A stretch of DNA of 64,000 nucleotides from Lytechinus pictus (taxonomy: Eukaryota). The notes under the pieces were generated by a model, which did no database searches, was not told the origin of the DNA, and saw only the letters and a program-made list of their open reading frames with translations. The position numbers and the translations under genes were made by a program. Below are positions 41,701 through 51,187 of the stretch, in pieces; the stretch's first letter is position 1, and every line of letters starts with the position of its first letter. Location: positions 18,106,001-18,170,000 of the forward strand of contig NC_087251.1 in NCBI RefSeq assembly GCF_037042905.1. The letters are read 5' to 3'.

Positions 41701-42817
41701 CAGGCGCATGGACATGATGCGGTCGGAATGACCAGTTGGTAGGTTTTCCAGCTTGGAGGCGATGGAAGATTTGAGCATGAAACCAACGCCAGCTAGACGT
41801 CTTTCCGTTGCAGGTTTCCCTGACCAGAAGAGGGTGTATCCAGCGCCCTGCTCATGTAGGCTGCCTTCTTCTGAGAAGCGGACTTCGCTTAGGGCAGCAA
41901 TGTCAACATCAAGCCTTGATAGTTCATGCGCGATAAGAGCAGAGCGACGTTCCGGTCGGTTGCTGTCAGTTCGGTCAAGCATAGTTCTGATGTTCCAGCA
42001 TGCTAGTTTCAGTGTTTGTACACCCTTACAGGTGGGTGTGTACCTTTTTTTCTTTGTTGTTGTTCGACCGCGTGAGAAGATGCCCGTTGACCGCGGCTAG
42101 CCAACTGGGTGATGAGAGACGAGCTTTGGTTAGGCCACCTTTTCTAGGCCCCTCTCCGTGTGGAGCAAGCAGTGCTGTCCCTAGATAAGGCTGCTCGGTC
42201 GTTCAGGGTGCTGCCGAATGATGCCGTCGTCTCTGGGTCAACATCAGGCGACCAATATCCTGAACCGCCTGCATGCAGGATTGGAACTGCGGCTTCCAGT
42301 GACATCTTCCACCTGCCGATTTCGCCCCTTTCCCGTCGCTACAGGGCTTGGTAAGTTTGGTGGCGTTTTGGACATGGACATGTCCTTTATGCCTGCGCTA
42401 TGGAGGTTTAAAGTGGAGTACAGTGTGCGCAGTGCTGGCCCCACCCTTTACACCCGGGGTTCATCTGCCATAGCCTAGCTAGCTGGGACGGTGACAGCGA
42501 GGTCCTCGAGTCGTAGGTTTTACATCAGACTTTCCTTGTCCTAGATGAAAGGCCTGCCAAGGCTGGAGAGTTCCATCTACCCTGATTTGCTGGATGGCCG
42601 CTGTTGGCTCTCCTAAGCCAGCGCCCTTTAAGATGGATCTTACTTTTCATTCCATCAGGGTGTCCAGCCACCCTCCACACCGAAACCCAAAAGGAAAAGG
42701 TGGGGGAGACGGTTTAGTCGCCGTCGACTCGACCCTGAAACAGGTAGTACTGGCTTCCAGGTTACCAGTAGCAGAAAACTGTCAGGTCTCCAGACCTGAC
42801 AAGCCTCCTGACCTGAC
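38776..42817 (-). mobile_element. Apparently full-length RTE-clade LINE
   Basis: Single intact APE-RT ORF, about 0.7-0.8 kb of structured leader, and a very short 3' UTR ending ATCTTCGTTCGCGAAGCAAGCCAAGAG. Bounded by long direct repeats. Confidence 0.93.
38803..41982 (-). CDS. RTE ORF: apurinic-like endonuclease + reverse transcriptase + C-terminal Zn finger
   Basis: 1059 aa uninterrupted. APE motifs: ALSEVR, GDFN, IDY, TDH. RT motifs: NYRGITLL, QCGFR, GVKQG, FADD. C-terminal CGRC...HMRAC. The frame stays open upstream to 42096. Confidence 0.96.
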   Translation of the reverse strand: MLDRTDSNRPERRSALIAHELSRLDVDIAALSEVRFSEEGSLHEQGAGYTLFWSGKPATERRLAGVGFMLKSSIASKLENLPTGHSDRIMSMRLPLKNKQHATLFSVYAPTLQADPAEKDMFYSELRRLLQSTPADDKLLILGDFNVRVGQDDVAWKGVLGRHGVGKCNDNGRLLLELCMEQQLVITNTVFQQKDSLKTTWMHPRSKHWHLIDYVLVRGRDLNDILHTRVMPSAECHTDHRLVRCKLRMHFKPKLRKGGPRRKKFDLNKLQSAEVKAEFQVGIQAKLENNSCLEDPSPETLWNSLKASILQSSEETIGFSIKKSRDWFDENNKEIQELLEKKRSAHQAHLSHPSCPVKKAAFRHICNNLQRKFRVMQNEWWTKLAARTQQYADAGDYRSFYEAIRAVYGPRHHAQSPLRSADGLTLLKDKTSILTRWSEHFQALFGADRVVQDSATLRIPQLSVKEELDVPPSLQELTKAIEQMKSGKAAGVDGIPPEIWKCGGPVLHNKLHELLVCCWEQGKLPGDLRDAVIITLYKNKGERSDCSNYRGITLLSIAGKIFARVLLNRLVPVIAEDHFPETQCGFRANRGTTDMVFVLRQLQEKCREQNKGLYITFVDLTKAFDTVSRKGLWLILERLGCPPRFLSMIIQLHENQRGQVRLNSHHSESFPITNGVKQGCVLAPTLFSIFFSVMLKQAMEGLDEDEAVYIRYRLDGSLFNLRRLQAHTKTCEQIFRDLLFADDAALVAHTERALQCLTSCFAEAAQLFGLEVSLKKTEVLHQPAPREEYCLPHITIGETVLKSVHQFTYLGCTITSDAKIDREVDNRLAKANSAFGRLYKRVWRNKHLKRGTKISVYRAVVLTTLLYGSESWVTYRHHMRLLERFHQRCLRIILNIHWTDYVTNVEVLEQAEIPSIEAMLLKTQLRWAGHISRMEDHRLPKIALYGELSTGNRDRGAPKKRFKDILKKSLGTCHIDHCQWSTLAADRASWRHIVHQAASSFEESRKDHLREKRRRRKNREASAATPNVTFDCGRCGRACLSRIGLVSHMRACSRRGLPL

Positions 42818-43215
42818 CAGTACGAATAACTCATTATTATATACATGTATTATTCACAATCAATTATGTTTCAGACAATGTACTTATTATTATTTGCAAC
42901 CAATTATGTTCCTGACAAAGTACGTAAATGCCTGTTAGCCAAACAGGCATGATGAAAACAAATATGAAACCCCCTTGCACATTAATTTTTTAACAACATA
43001 ATGCTTTTTAAACAAGCATTGTCCCACACAATATCTAGATGTTACCCCATTTAATTTTCATCCTTCGGTAACCTTCATATCGTTGGATTAACATACCTGA
43101 TTTGTTAAACTGTACTTAGTGAGTGTTGCATATGTTAATAAATCTGTTCTTTTCAGCTTAATATCTGAAACGCGACTCACCGAGTCACTTGTATATTAAA
43201 CTGATTTTTTAACAT
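42818..43215 (+). repeat. Right copy of the 398-bp direct repeat (Utopia 3' end plus U2 fragment)
   Basis: Direct repeat of 38378-38775 at an offset of 4440. Confidence 0.93.
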
Positions 43216-43290
43216 AGGCCATGGAATAGGGGCTTGCTCCATCCTGGCCACGGATTGGCCCGGTATTGCAGTACTCCGGGATCAAATCAC
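43143..43290 (+). ncRNA. U2: U2 snRNA gene, 3' part (nt ~39-186)
   Basis: Continues through the Sm site, stem III (ATGGAATAGGGGCTTGCTCC) and stem IV CCCGG-TATTGCAGTACT-CCGGG with the U2B''-binding loop. Confidence 0.92.
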
Positions 43291-43761
43291 TCTTTCTTTC
43301 AAAGCTACCAACCTTTTCCCATCTTTCGTTCTTGTAAACGATAACAACAACAGCAACAATAATAATAATAATAGTAATAATAATGATGATGATAATAATA
43401 ATTATAATGATAATGAATATACAACATAAATTGTGCTTATGTTTCTAAACGCACAAGAAAGAAAAAATTAAAGAAACAAATTCAAACAAGTGAATGAATA
43501 GTAAATTAAGAGGATGTACTACACATCGAAATAATTAAAAAATCGAAAAGTTAAACTATGAAAATGTGATTTCTCATATCATTCTTCGTAACTCACAGCG
43601 AAAAAAAACCCAATAGCATCGACAACCCTATAATAACTTCATAACAATATACAATTACTAATTGAAATCTTTATGTTCACGAGGATGGATGTTAACTTAG
43701 TGCACGAAATTGTACAAATAAATATATTGTCCTGTTCATTTCATTCTCTTATCAATCCCAC

Positions 43762-43822
43762 CTCCACGAACATGGTGCATCTCCCCAATTCCTCTGATGG
43801 TAATACCTTGTTTATCCAATCC
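43762..43822 (-). pseudogene. Degenerate remnant of a coding exon from the EGF/Caspr-like family
   Basis: tccacgaacatggtgcatctccccaattcctc..gatgg..ccttgt aligns, with indels, to 46266-46320 (the NWGDAP exon). Confidence 0.6.
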
Positions 43823-44883
43823 TACAAAAACCTAGAGCCATGGCGTGAGAGCTTTGAAGTATTCTTGATGTTATGTACAACTAAGAAAAAGGAGTGGTTA
43901 TGATGTAAGAATCATATTTTGGATCATAACACGCATATCTCATAAATGATTTCAGTTAGAAATATTGGAATAAATTTTTTACACTCACCCCACACTCCTT
44001 CAAATTCTGATTTTTTTTTCCTTTTCGGTTTTGTATGTAATATTGAATAATAAATTTTGATACCTTTATGCATATGAGATCCCCTTGATGGAAAAGTAAA
44101 TCTAAACTATAACGCTTCCCTTTATACTGACTTTCTAGAGTTCAAGTAGTTAAAATATATTCATGGGAAATATTTCATAAAGACACTTGTAGGACGTTTT
44201 ATTCGACAGCTGCCATAGTAACAGTGCTTCTCAGCAATCAAAATCATCAAAAGTGCCAATCAGGCAATACAATTTGGATAAACGCTTCCCAAGGAAACGG
44301 AAAATGTGTAAAACTGTTACACATGCATTACATAACAGAAGAGGCATGGGCGTCCCCCTACTCAAAATAGCAGGGGGGAATATCAAATGTCCCCCTACTA
44401 TTTGTGTTCTTTTATGATGGTAAGAAATACATCATTCAAAATCGAAATAAAACATGTATTTTAGGACGAGATGACCTTACTTTTGGGATGATAACCTTTT
44501 TTTTTTTTTTTTGCTTGTCAAATTTTCCAGCCCCTTGTCCCCCTACCTTTTGGGAGGGATTCCCGCCCCTGAGAAGAGGGCCCCTGGGGCGGAAAGTTTC
44601 ACATAAGAAAGTCAAATAAAAGACGTCAGAAATTTTATAGGAAATTTTATAGGAGTGCGGTTTCAGTGTTTTTCCAAGTGACGCTATTTTATTTCAATAC
44701 ATTTTCAACACGTCACTTATATGTATATCGTAACTCTTCGATAATACAGTAGGCCTACTTCAAGACAATAACAATTACAACGATCCTTTTAACACTTAAT
44801 ACTGTAGATTCGAATCATTGAATGATTATATTTGTCAAAATGATAACCATATTCCGTCATAATCTGATGATCAGACTGAATCC

Positions 44884-45065
44884 TCATTCACATTCGAGAA
44901 ATCCAAGTTCATAATAAATCTTTTCGTCAACTCCTCCGGTGTCGCCGAAATGTAATCTGATGACCGGAAGTCGTGTTCTGTCCGTCAGGAAACCTTCGTC
45001 TGTTAATGGTGCACTATTGCCAACGGAATCATCACAATTGCAATATGATCCTGTGTTGTGACAAG
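44884..45065 (-). CDS. Last exon of a secreted EGF + Caspr/neurexin-IV-type fibrinogen-like protein
   Basis: CHNTGSYCNCDD...DEGFLTDRTRLPVIRLHFGDTG...LGFLECE* matches the Caspr-type CNCD..D.G.L....LPV....GDT...LG.L.C pattern. Confidence 0.85.
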
Positions 45066-45214
45066 CTATAGTGTCAGAAATGAAATTAAGAAAAATATCA
45101 GTCAAACGTATTAAGATAATGATTCAGCAGTACAGAAATCCTTGGGCCTCGTCGGCCCATATACTTGCACCTATACTGTATAGTGTAATGCGAAATTTAA
45201 AGCAACGTCATCTC

Positions 45215-45789
45215 ACCCCATTCCACAGAGGGGAGACCTTTGAAGGACCTTTGAAAGACCAAAAATTGGCAAGGTCTTACATCAGTCTCCAAGATCACTG
45301 AAATTTGTCATCTCTGTGGAATGGCTCAGAAAGACTCCTCAAAGAACTCTGAAAGACTGATTGATACTTAGACAAGTTATCTTTCAATGGCCTTTCAGAG
45401 ATCTTTTAGAATTCTTTCCATGGTTTCTTACTGGTCTTTCAATGATCTTTCAATGATCTTTCAGTGATCTCCCACGAGTCTTACGGTGATCTCCGCAAAA
45501 ATATTGAGAGACTGTCGAAAGATCATGGAAAGACTAATAAGAACGTAGAAAGTTCATAGAAAGACCGCTGAAAGACCATGAAAAAAACAATTTTCCTGAA
45601 AGACCGCTGAAAGACTGTTTTGAACCGTTTCAAAAAGTTTTGGGACTCACGAGGACCACGAAGACCACTGAACGATCCATCAGGAATCGTGAAAAATCTC
45701 GGAGATCTTTTAAAGTTGCTTGAAAGACCCTTGAAAGGTCAAGAGAGTTTAATGGTCTTACAGCGGTCTTGCTCTCTATGGAAAGGGGT
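45215..45789. mobile_element. Intronic MITE
   Basis: TIRs ACCCCATTCCACAGAG / CTCTATGGAAAGGGGT, with internal GAAAGACC motif repeats. Confidence 0.6.
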
Positions 45790-46243
45790 TTAATACACAA
45801 GCACTTTCTACTTGACTGTGAGACTGTTTTTTTACACTAGGTTCTGAGGGAAATTAAACATGCATCTATAACTCCCTCCATCACAATTATATTTAAAAAA
45901 TATATATAACATAAATCAGAGTAACATCATATTCGAAATGTTCGCAGAGTATGAACTTTTTTGTAATCGTTTGACTCATCAATTTTTTTAGGCAACAAAC
46001 CAAAATTATTCGAAATGCTTAGAATGTGCTCATATTTCTTGACAATCTGAACATTTCTACATAAAGTTTTTTCATTAAACCTACTTTCAAATATTGAATA
46101 TCATACCTTTCAGCTTCGAATCAAAACATGCAAGGTTTAAATCTAAATCTAATATTCGGCTCGTCACTATTGACGGCCTATCATGACTTATTTCAAATCC
46201 AGGAAATTTAGAGTGTATATAGCTGACAATAAATTCGACATAC

Positions 46244-46537
46244 TATTATTTAAGCCACAAATACATCCACGAACATGACTTGGTGCATCTCCCCAATTCC
46301 TCATGATGGTGCCTTGTCTAGAGATCCAGTAAATATTTTGTCTATTTCCCTTCACGATGAAGACATTATTGCAGGTTGCCCTGATATATTGCCTACAGCT
46401 CCTGGCGTTGTTAATGATCGCCACAATGATATCCAATGGTAGGATGTATACCACATTCTGTCGGTACGATCCCATCCTTTCATAGCCTCGAGGGACAGCT
46501 TGTTCGCCGATGATGTCGTGGGGAATGACGGTTACGC
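46244..46537 (-). CDS. EGF/Caspr-like gene, exon 4
   Basis: Encodes VTVIPHD...GYERMGSYRQNVVY...CRQYIRATC...YWISRQG...NWGDAP...CICGLNN. Phase 1 at both ends. Confidence 0.87.
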
Positions 46538-46636
46538 CTTGGGGGGAAAGAAAATAATTACGAAAATTGGTTTAGATCTTGATCTCATTGGTCGCGAATC
46601 ATAATTAAGAATCCAATGTTTCTCAGATGACATTAA

Positions 46637-47156
46637 AGGGGGCCCTCCAGAATGAAAATATGATTTGAAGTGATAAAGAAAGATCGGACAAACACTGAAA
46701 ATTTGATCAAAATTGGACAAGGATTAACAAAGTTGTAACATTCTAAAATTATTTCCTTGAAACAGTTCTACATAATAAGTCCTTATGATATTCATTGGGC
46801 AAACTGATGATTTCATGTCCCCACTTGTTATTTGTATTTCATTAAATGAAATTATGTTTATCAAAATTTTGCCCTACAAGAACAAAGAAATTGAATTTAC
46901 AACTGATTTAATGCTTGCTGCAACTTATTTTAATGTAATAAGATTAGGAAAAGGGAAGTGGGAATCTGACACCATCAGGCCACATAATGAATATTCATGA
47001 CGATGTGCATAATCTTTTTCCACTAAATATTGCTCAACTATAGAATTCAATGACTTTGATATTTTTTATAAGATTTTGATGAAATTTTCATCATTTTGCT
47101 TGATGAATTATTCTCAATTTATTTAGATGTAATTATTTTCTGCCCTGAGTACTCCT
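46637..47156. mobile_element. TTAA-target MITE related to 21681-22253
   Basis: ttaa|AGGGG...CTCCT|ttaa. Shares the internal ATGAATATTCATGAC and GATGAAATTTTC blocks. Confidence 0.65.
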
Positions 47157-47492
47157 TTAATTTTGGGGGTAGTTGTGCATCTTTATTCGACTATATAAGT
47201 AGGTGGCAGATGATAACATGGTGAATAAATATTTTTGTTAAAATAAGCCGCTAAAATATGAATATAGTGCGATCTGCATTTATGAACTCGATCGATTTCT
47301 GAAATATTACACACAAGGCTATGGCTCATTTTATAACTCCACATTTATTCCTTTATGAGGAGTGGCAAATTTAAAATAATTTCCTGTCAAGTACATCTAC
47401 TTACACTCGGACTATGGAGCTAATAGCTCCATGCTCGGACCATATAGCTAGTTCATGATATATTGCATTAACAAAATATTGGGCGTATTTAC

Positions 47493-47609
47493 CATTTCGA
47501 CATTCAACTTGCACGAAATCAGAAATGTTTCCATTTTGACCGTCTGGATCAATACGAAACGTTCCTGTTGAATTGGGTTCCTTCAGATCAGCACATGTTC
47601 TCACTCGAC
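47493..47609 (-). CDS. EGF/Caspr-like gene, exon 3
   Basis: RVRTCADLKEPNSTGTFRIDPDGQNG...VEC is a typical start of a fibrinogen/COLFI-like domain. AG/GT boundaries, phase 1. Confidence 0.87.
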
Positions 47610-48883
47610 CTGTAACAATAAAAGGGTATGATGCATATGAATACCCAGGGTGTCGTAAGAGGGAGGGAGGGTGGTGGATATGAGTCAAGAATGTATTTAT
47701 AGTCGGCACAATCGAACATTTTGTCGGTGAAATAATAAGCTTAACCCCCCCCCCCCCCGAATCAACATGCCTTAGCGTCACCCCTCCGTGTCGTTAAGTG
47801 GGAGAACCAAAAAGAAAGAAAACAAAAAGAAAACAAACTTTCAAGAAATGAATAATAATTTTTTGAAAAAGGAAAAAGTAAATTCCCCTGAATATTTGCC
47901 CCATAACATTAGGCCTACTCATCGCTTTCCCTGCTGCCAATGCCTTGCCTACTGCATGCGTACGCCATCTACGACAAAGAAATGAAGAAGCTGGCAACAG
48001 CTCTATACTAGGTAAAAAGATTGAAGAAGTAGACTTGCATTTTTCTTTACCCTTACATAATATATCAATTTGTATTTGGTACCAATGAATATTTGACGAT
48101 TTAAAAGGGTGTGAAGGAGCAATTTCTCACAAAATGCTCTTCTTATTCTTTCTTCAAAATGCCCTTTCACAACTTTGTATTAGGTACATGACAACGCTTT
48201 TAATTTTCTAGAGATTGATGTTGACGATGTATACTTTTCTATCGTATTACCCTAGAGGATAATAATATTTTTAAAACTTAATTTACATAATAGTTTTTGT
48301 TTGTTCTGAAAACAAAATTATATATGCTTTATTTCGAGTCATGTTTTACGGCAACGAATCATTAGGCCTATTTATATAGTCTATTCAAGGGACTCGAAGC
48401 TTTAAACCTTTTTTTTTTTGGGGGGGGGTTATAAATTTGTCTGCAAATTGATAACTCTTTTTCTTGTCAAAGGTGTATATACGTTTGCATGGTGACAAGT
48501 AAAACAAGGAAAAAATATAAACCATCTGTATCAAGATAAGGCCGGTAGCCTATATAGAGAACTGGGGGCCGGATTCGGTACAGGCAAATACCTTTTTCGG
48601 CCTCACCAAAATTTCGAAAAGGGATGACAGCTTTGGGGGATGCAGTGAGGTAATGAATTTGGGCTCTCAAAATGATAATACATGAATATGGCTTGCAAAT
48701 AATCAGTAGCGTACGCAGGATTTTTGTTTTGAAGGGGGGGGGGGTTCAAGCTGAATGAAAAAAAAGGTCTTCAACAAAAATTTGAGGTCGTTTCGTACCA
48801 AAAAAAAATATTAGGGGGGGGGGTCAGATCCCCTGTACCTCTCTGAAAGCATTTTTCCCCTTCAATATTATTCAGATACTCAC

Positions 48884-48985
48884 GCTCACAGTTGTCTCCA
48901 AAATATCCTTCAGTGCACAAACACTCATAAGAATAATCCGTCTCTAAACATGTACCTTGATTTTTACATGGTGATGACAGGCAAT
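48884..48985 (-). CDS. EGF/Caspr-like gene, EGF exon
   Basis: DCLSSPCKNQGTCLETDYSYECLCTEGYFGDNCE is a six-Cys EGF repeat on a phase 1-1 exon. Confidence 0.92.
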
Positions 48986-49451
48986 CTGTGACAAATAAAA
49001 ACAAGATACGCACTATATATATAATTATATAAAAGAGTAGGATGCATATCATTGAAAATATCACCACCCGTTCCTTTGCTAAATCTCATTGAAGAGGAGC
49101 ATTACGACAAACCTGTTTCACCACACCTACTCCGCCGTATCGTCCCTACCTTTCCATACATTGTTCAAGTTTTCTATTTTTGTTATCACACTATTTAACT
49201 GTTTATGAATTGTAATTTGTCAAGTAATCTAGGCCTACTTAGAACTTCGACAAATTCTAAAAAAATGGAAATTAATGCAAATTGTATTGTAATTATGAAA
49301 AAGAAAGTACATTTGATTTTATCTGCATTGGATGTAACATTGGCCTAAATGCTGTCTCATTCATCGGCAAAAAATAATATTAAAGAAAACGAAGATGGAA
49401 TGTTATCTTCCTTAAGAGGCTATTATCTTTGATTCATTAAGAGAGAGAGAG

Positions 49452-49787
49452 AATGACAATGCACAGACAATAAATTCATATTGTGTAATAATTATTCAAT
49501 ATGTGACACCTTCAAAAGTATTCATACGTTTCGATTTGCGATAATAATCCCATGTTGGCGGCGGTATAGACAGGCATGCGTGTGGGGTCTCACGGGACTC
49601 ATGGCCCCTATATTGTGGCAATGACAATGCACAGACAATAAATTCATATTGTGTAATAATTATTCAATATGTGACACCTTCAAAAGTATTCATACGTTTC
49701 GATTTGCGATAATAATCCCATGTTGGCGGCGGTATAGACAGGCATGCGTGTGGGGTCTCACGGGACTCATGGCCCCTATATTGTGGC
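49452..49787. repeat. Perfect tandem duplication, 2 x 168 bp
   Basis: 49452-49619 is repeated at 49620-49787 with no differences seen. Confidence 0.9.
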
Positions 49788-51187
49788 CCTAAGTTTGACA
49801 ATGTGACAATCATGTAGTACCTTATTTTGTATCCTCTATATTCCCACTCTCACATCATCTTCAGTGGGAGGCGTGTCGGATACATTGAAATTACTTTCTG
49901 TTATACCCTCAAATTATGAAATCATGCATCCACCCCTTGGTGTCTCCTTCTCCTTCTCTTCTATACACTCTCACTCCTTCACATTCTTTTCAATTCAATT
50001 CAAAATGGTTTATCAAAAAAACTTTCTTTGCGGCAAAAGCCGGATTGCAAAAGTTTACATTTCAAACAAAATCATCAATAACAAGGTAAAAATGACTTAG
50101 TTCTACGAACGAATTTCAGTATAGACATATATGTAACAAAGTATATCATAAATCAATTTAAATCGATACTCATTGATCAAATAGGGAAATATGCAAAATA
50201 CATGTAAATATACCTAATGTGTTACCATGATCATTTTAGATTTTCTCGTTTGTAAGAAATATGTCAATTTAAACCCGATATTAAGATTGTAAAAAATAAT
50301 ACAAGAATATGGGTTTAAGACGTGAGTGTGTTTGTAAAGAGAGACAGATAGAGGTGAGAGATGGAAAGTGAGATGTAGAAGAAAAAGAGAAAAGCAAGAA
50401 AAAGGTAGGGAATCACACCCAGCTATGCTGAACAATGTCCTAGTGATTTGTGTGACAAATGGCAAGGCATGATAACTTAGAATAATAAAAATCACATGCA
50501 TATAATGTTCACATTTATTAGCTAAGAATAAACTTATTTGAACTGAGATGAGTGGATACAGGAAATGAATTAGAAAGTAGATTTAGGAATAGAAATAGCG
50601 GAAGAGAGAAGAGAGGCAGAGGGGGAGATAGAGAGAGAGAGAGAGAGAGAAGAAAAGGAATTGATGGTGGAAGGAAAACAGAGAGAAAAGGGCGAAGAAG
50701 CAATTAGGTCACATTTTTTCATACATACTGCAATAATACATATTTTGGCAATTTTTGTGATTTCAATTGAAATTTTAAGTTTATGGCTATGGAAATCAGT
50801 AACTAATTGCTCATATGAAAGAAAAACATTTTGATTAACAAAGTAAAATCAAATGAAATTGGAGTTCGCCATCATAAAAAGAACTCAACATCAGAATCAT
50901 TATGTAATCTGCATTTTACAACAACAAAAAACATCTTAATGATGATACATAATTATGAATGATCAGTTCTTGAATTCTCAGCCATCCTTATTTTGATATT
51001 ACTATACATGTAACGATAGGGGAAGATATTATATATAAAAAAAATACTCCGTGTAATCAATTTTCTTTATCATTCTCTCTCCATTTTTCCACCCCATGCA
51101 ACAAATCTCTCACTCTGCCATCATTTGGAAATTCTCAGTACTAATTTCATATTTATTTTTCGTTCAAATTCATTGCTTTTTGCTAAA

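Noticed and set aside
38784..42478. Multiple plus-strand ORFs overlapping the RTE
   Set aside because: They are antisense shadows of the RTE coding sequence with no recognisable motifs.
38378..43215. LTR retrotransposon interpretation of the 398-bp direct repeats
   Set aside because: There are no TG..CA ends, PBS, integrase or gag. The repeat consists of Utopia 3' end plus U2, and the internal ORF is APE-RT.
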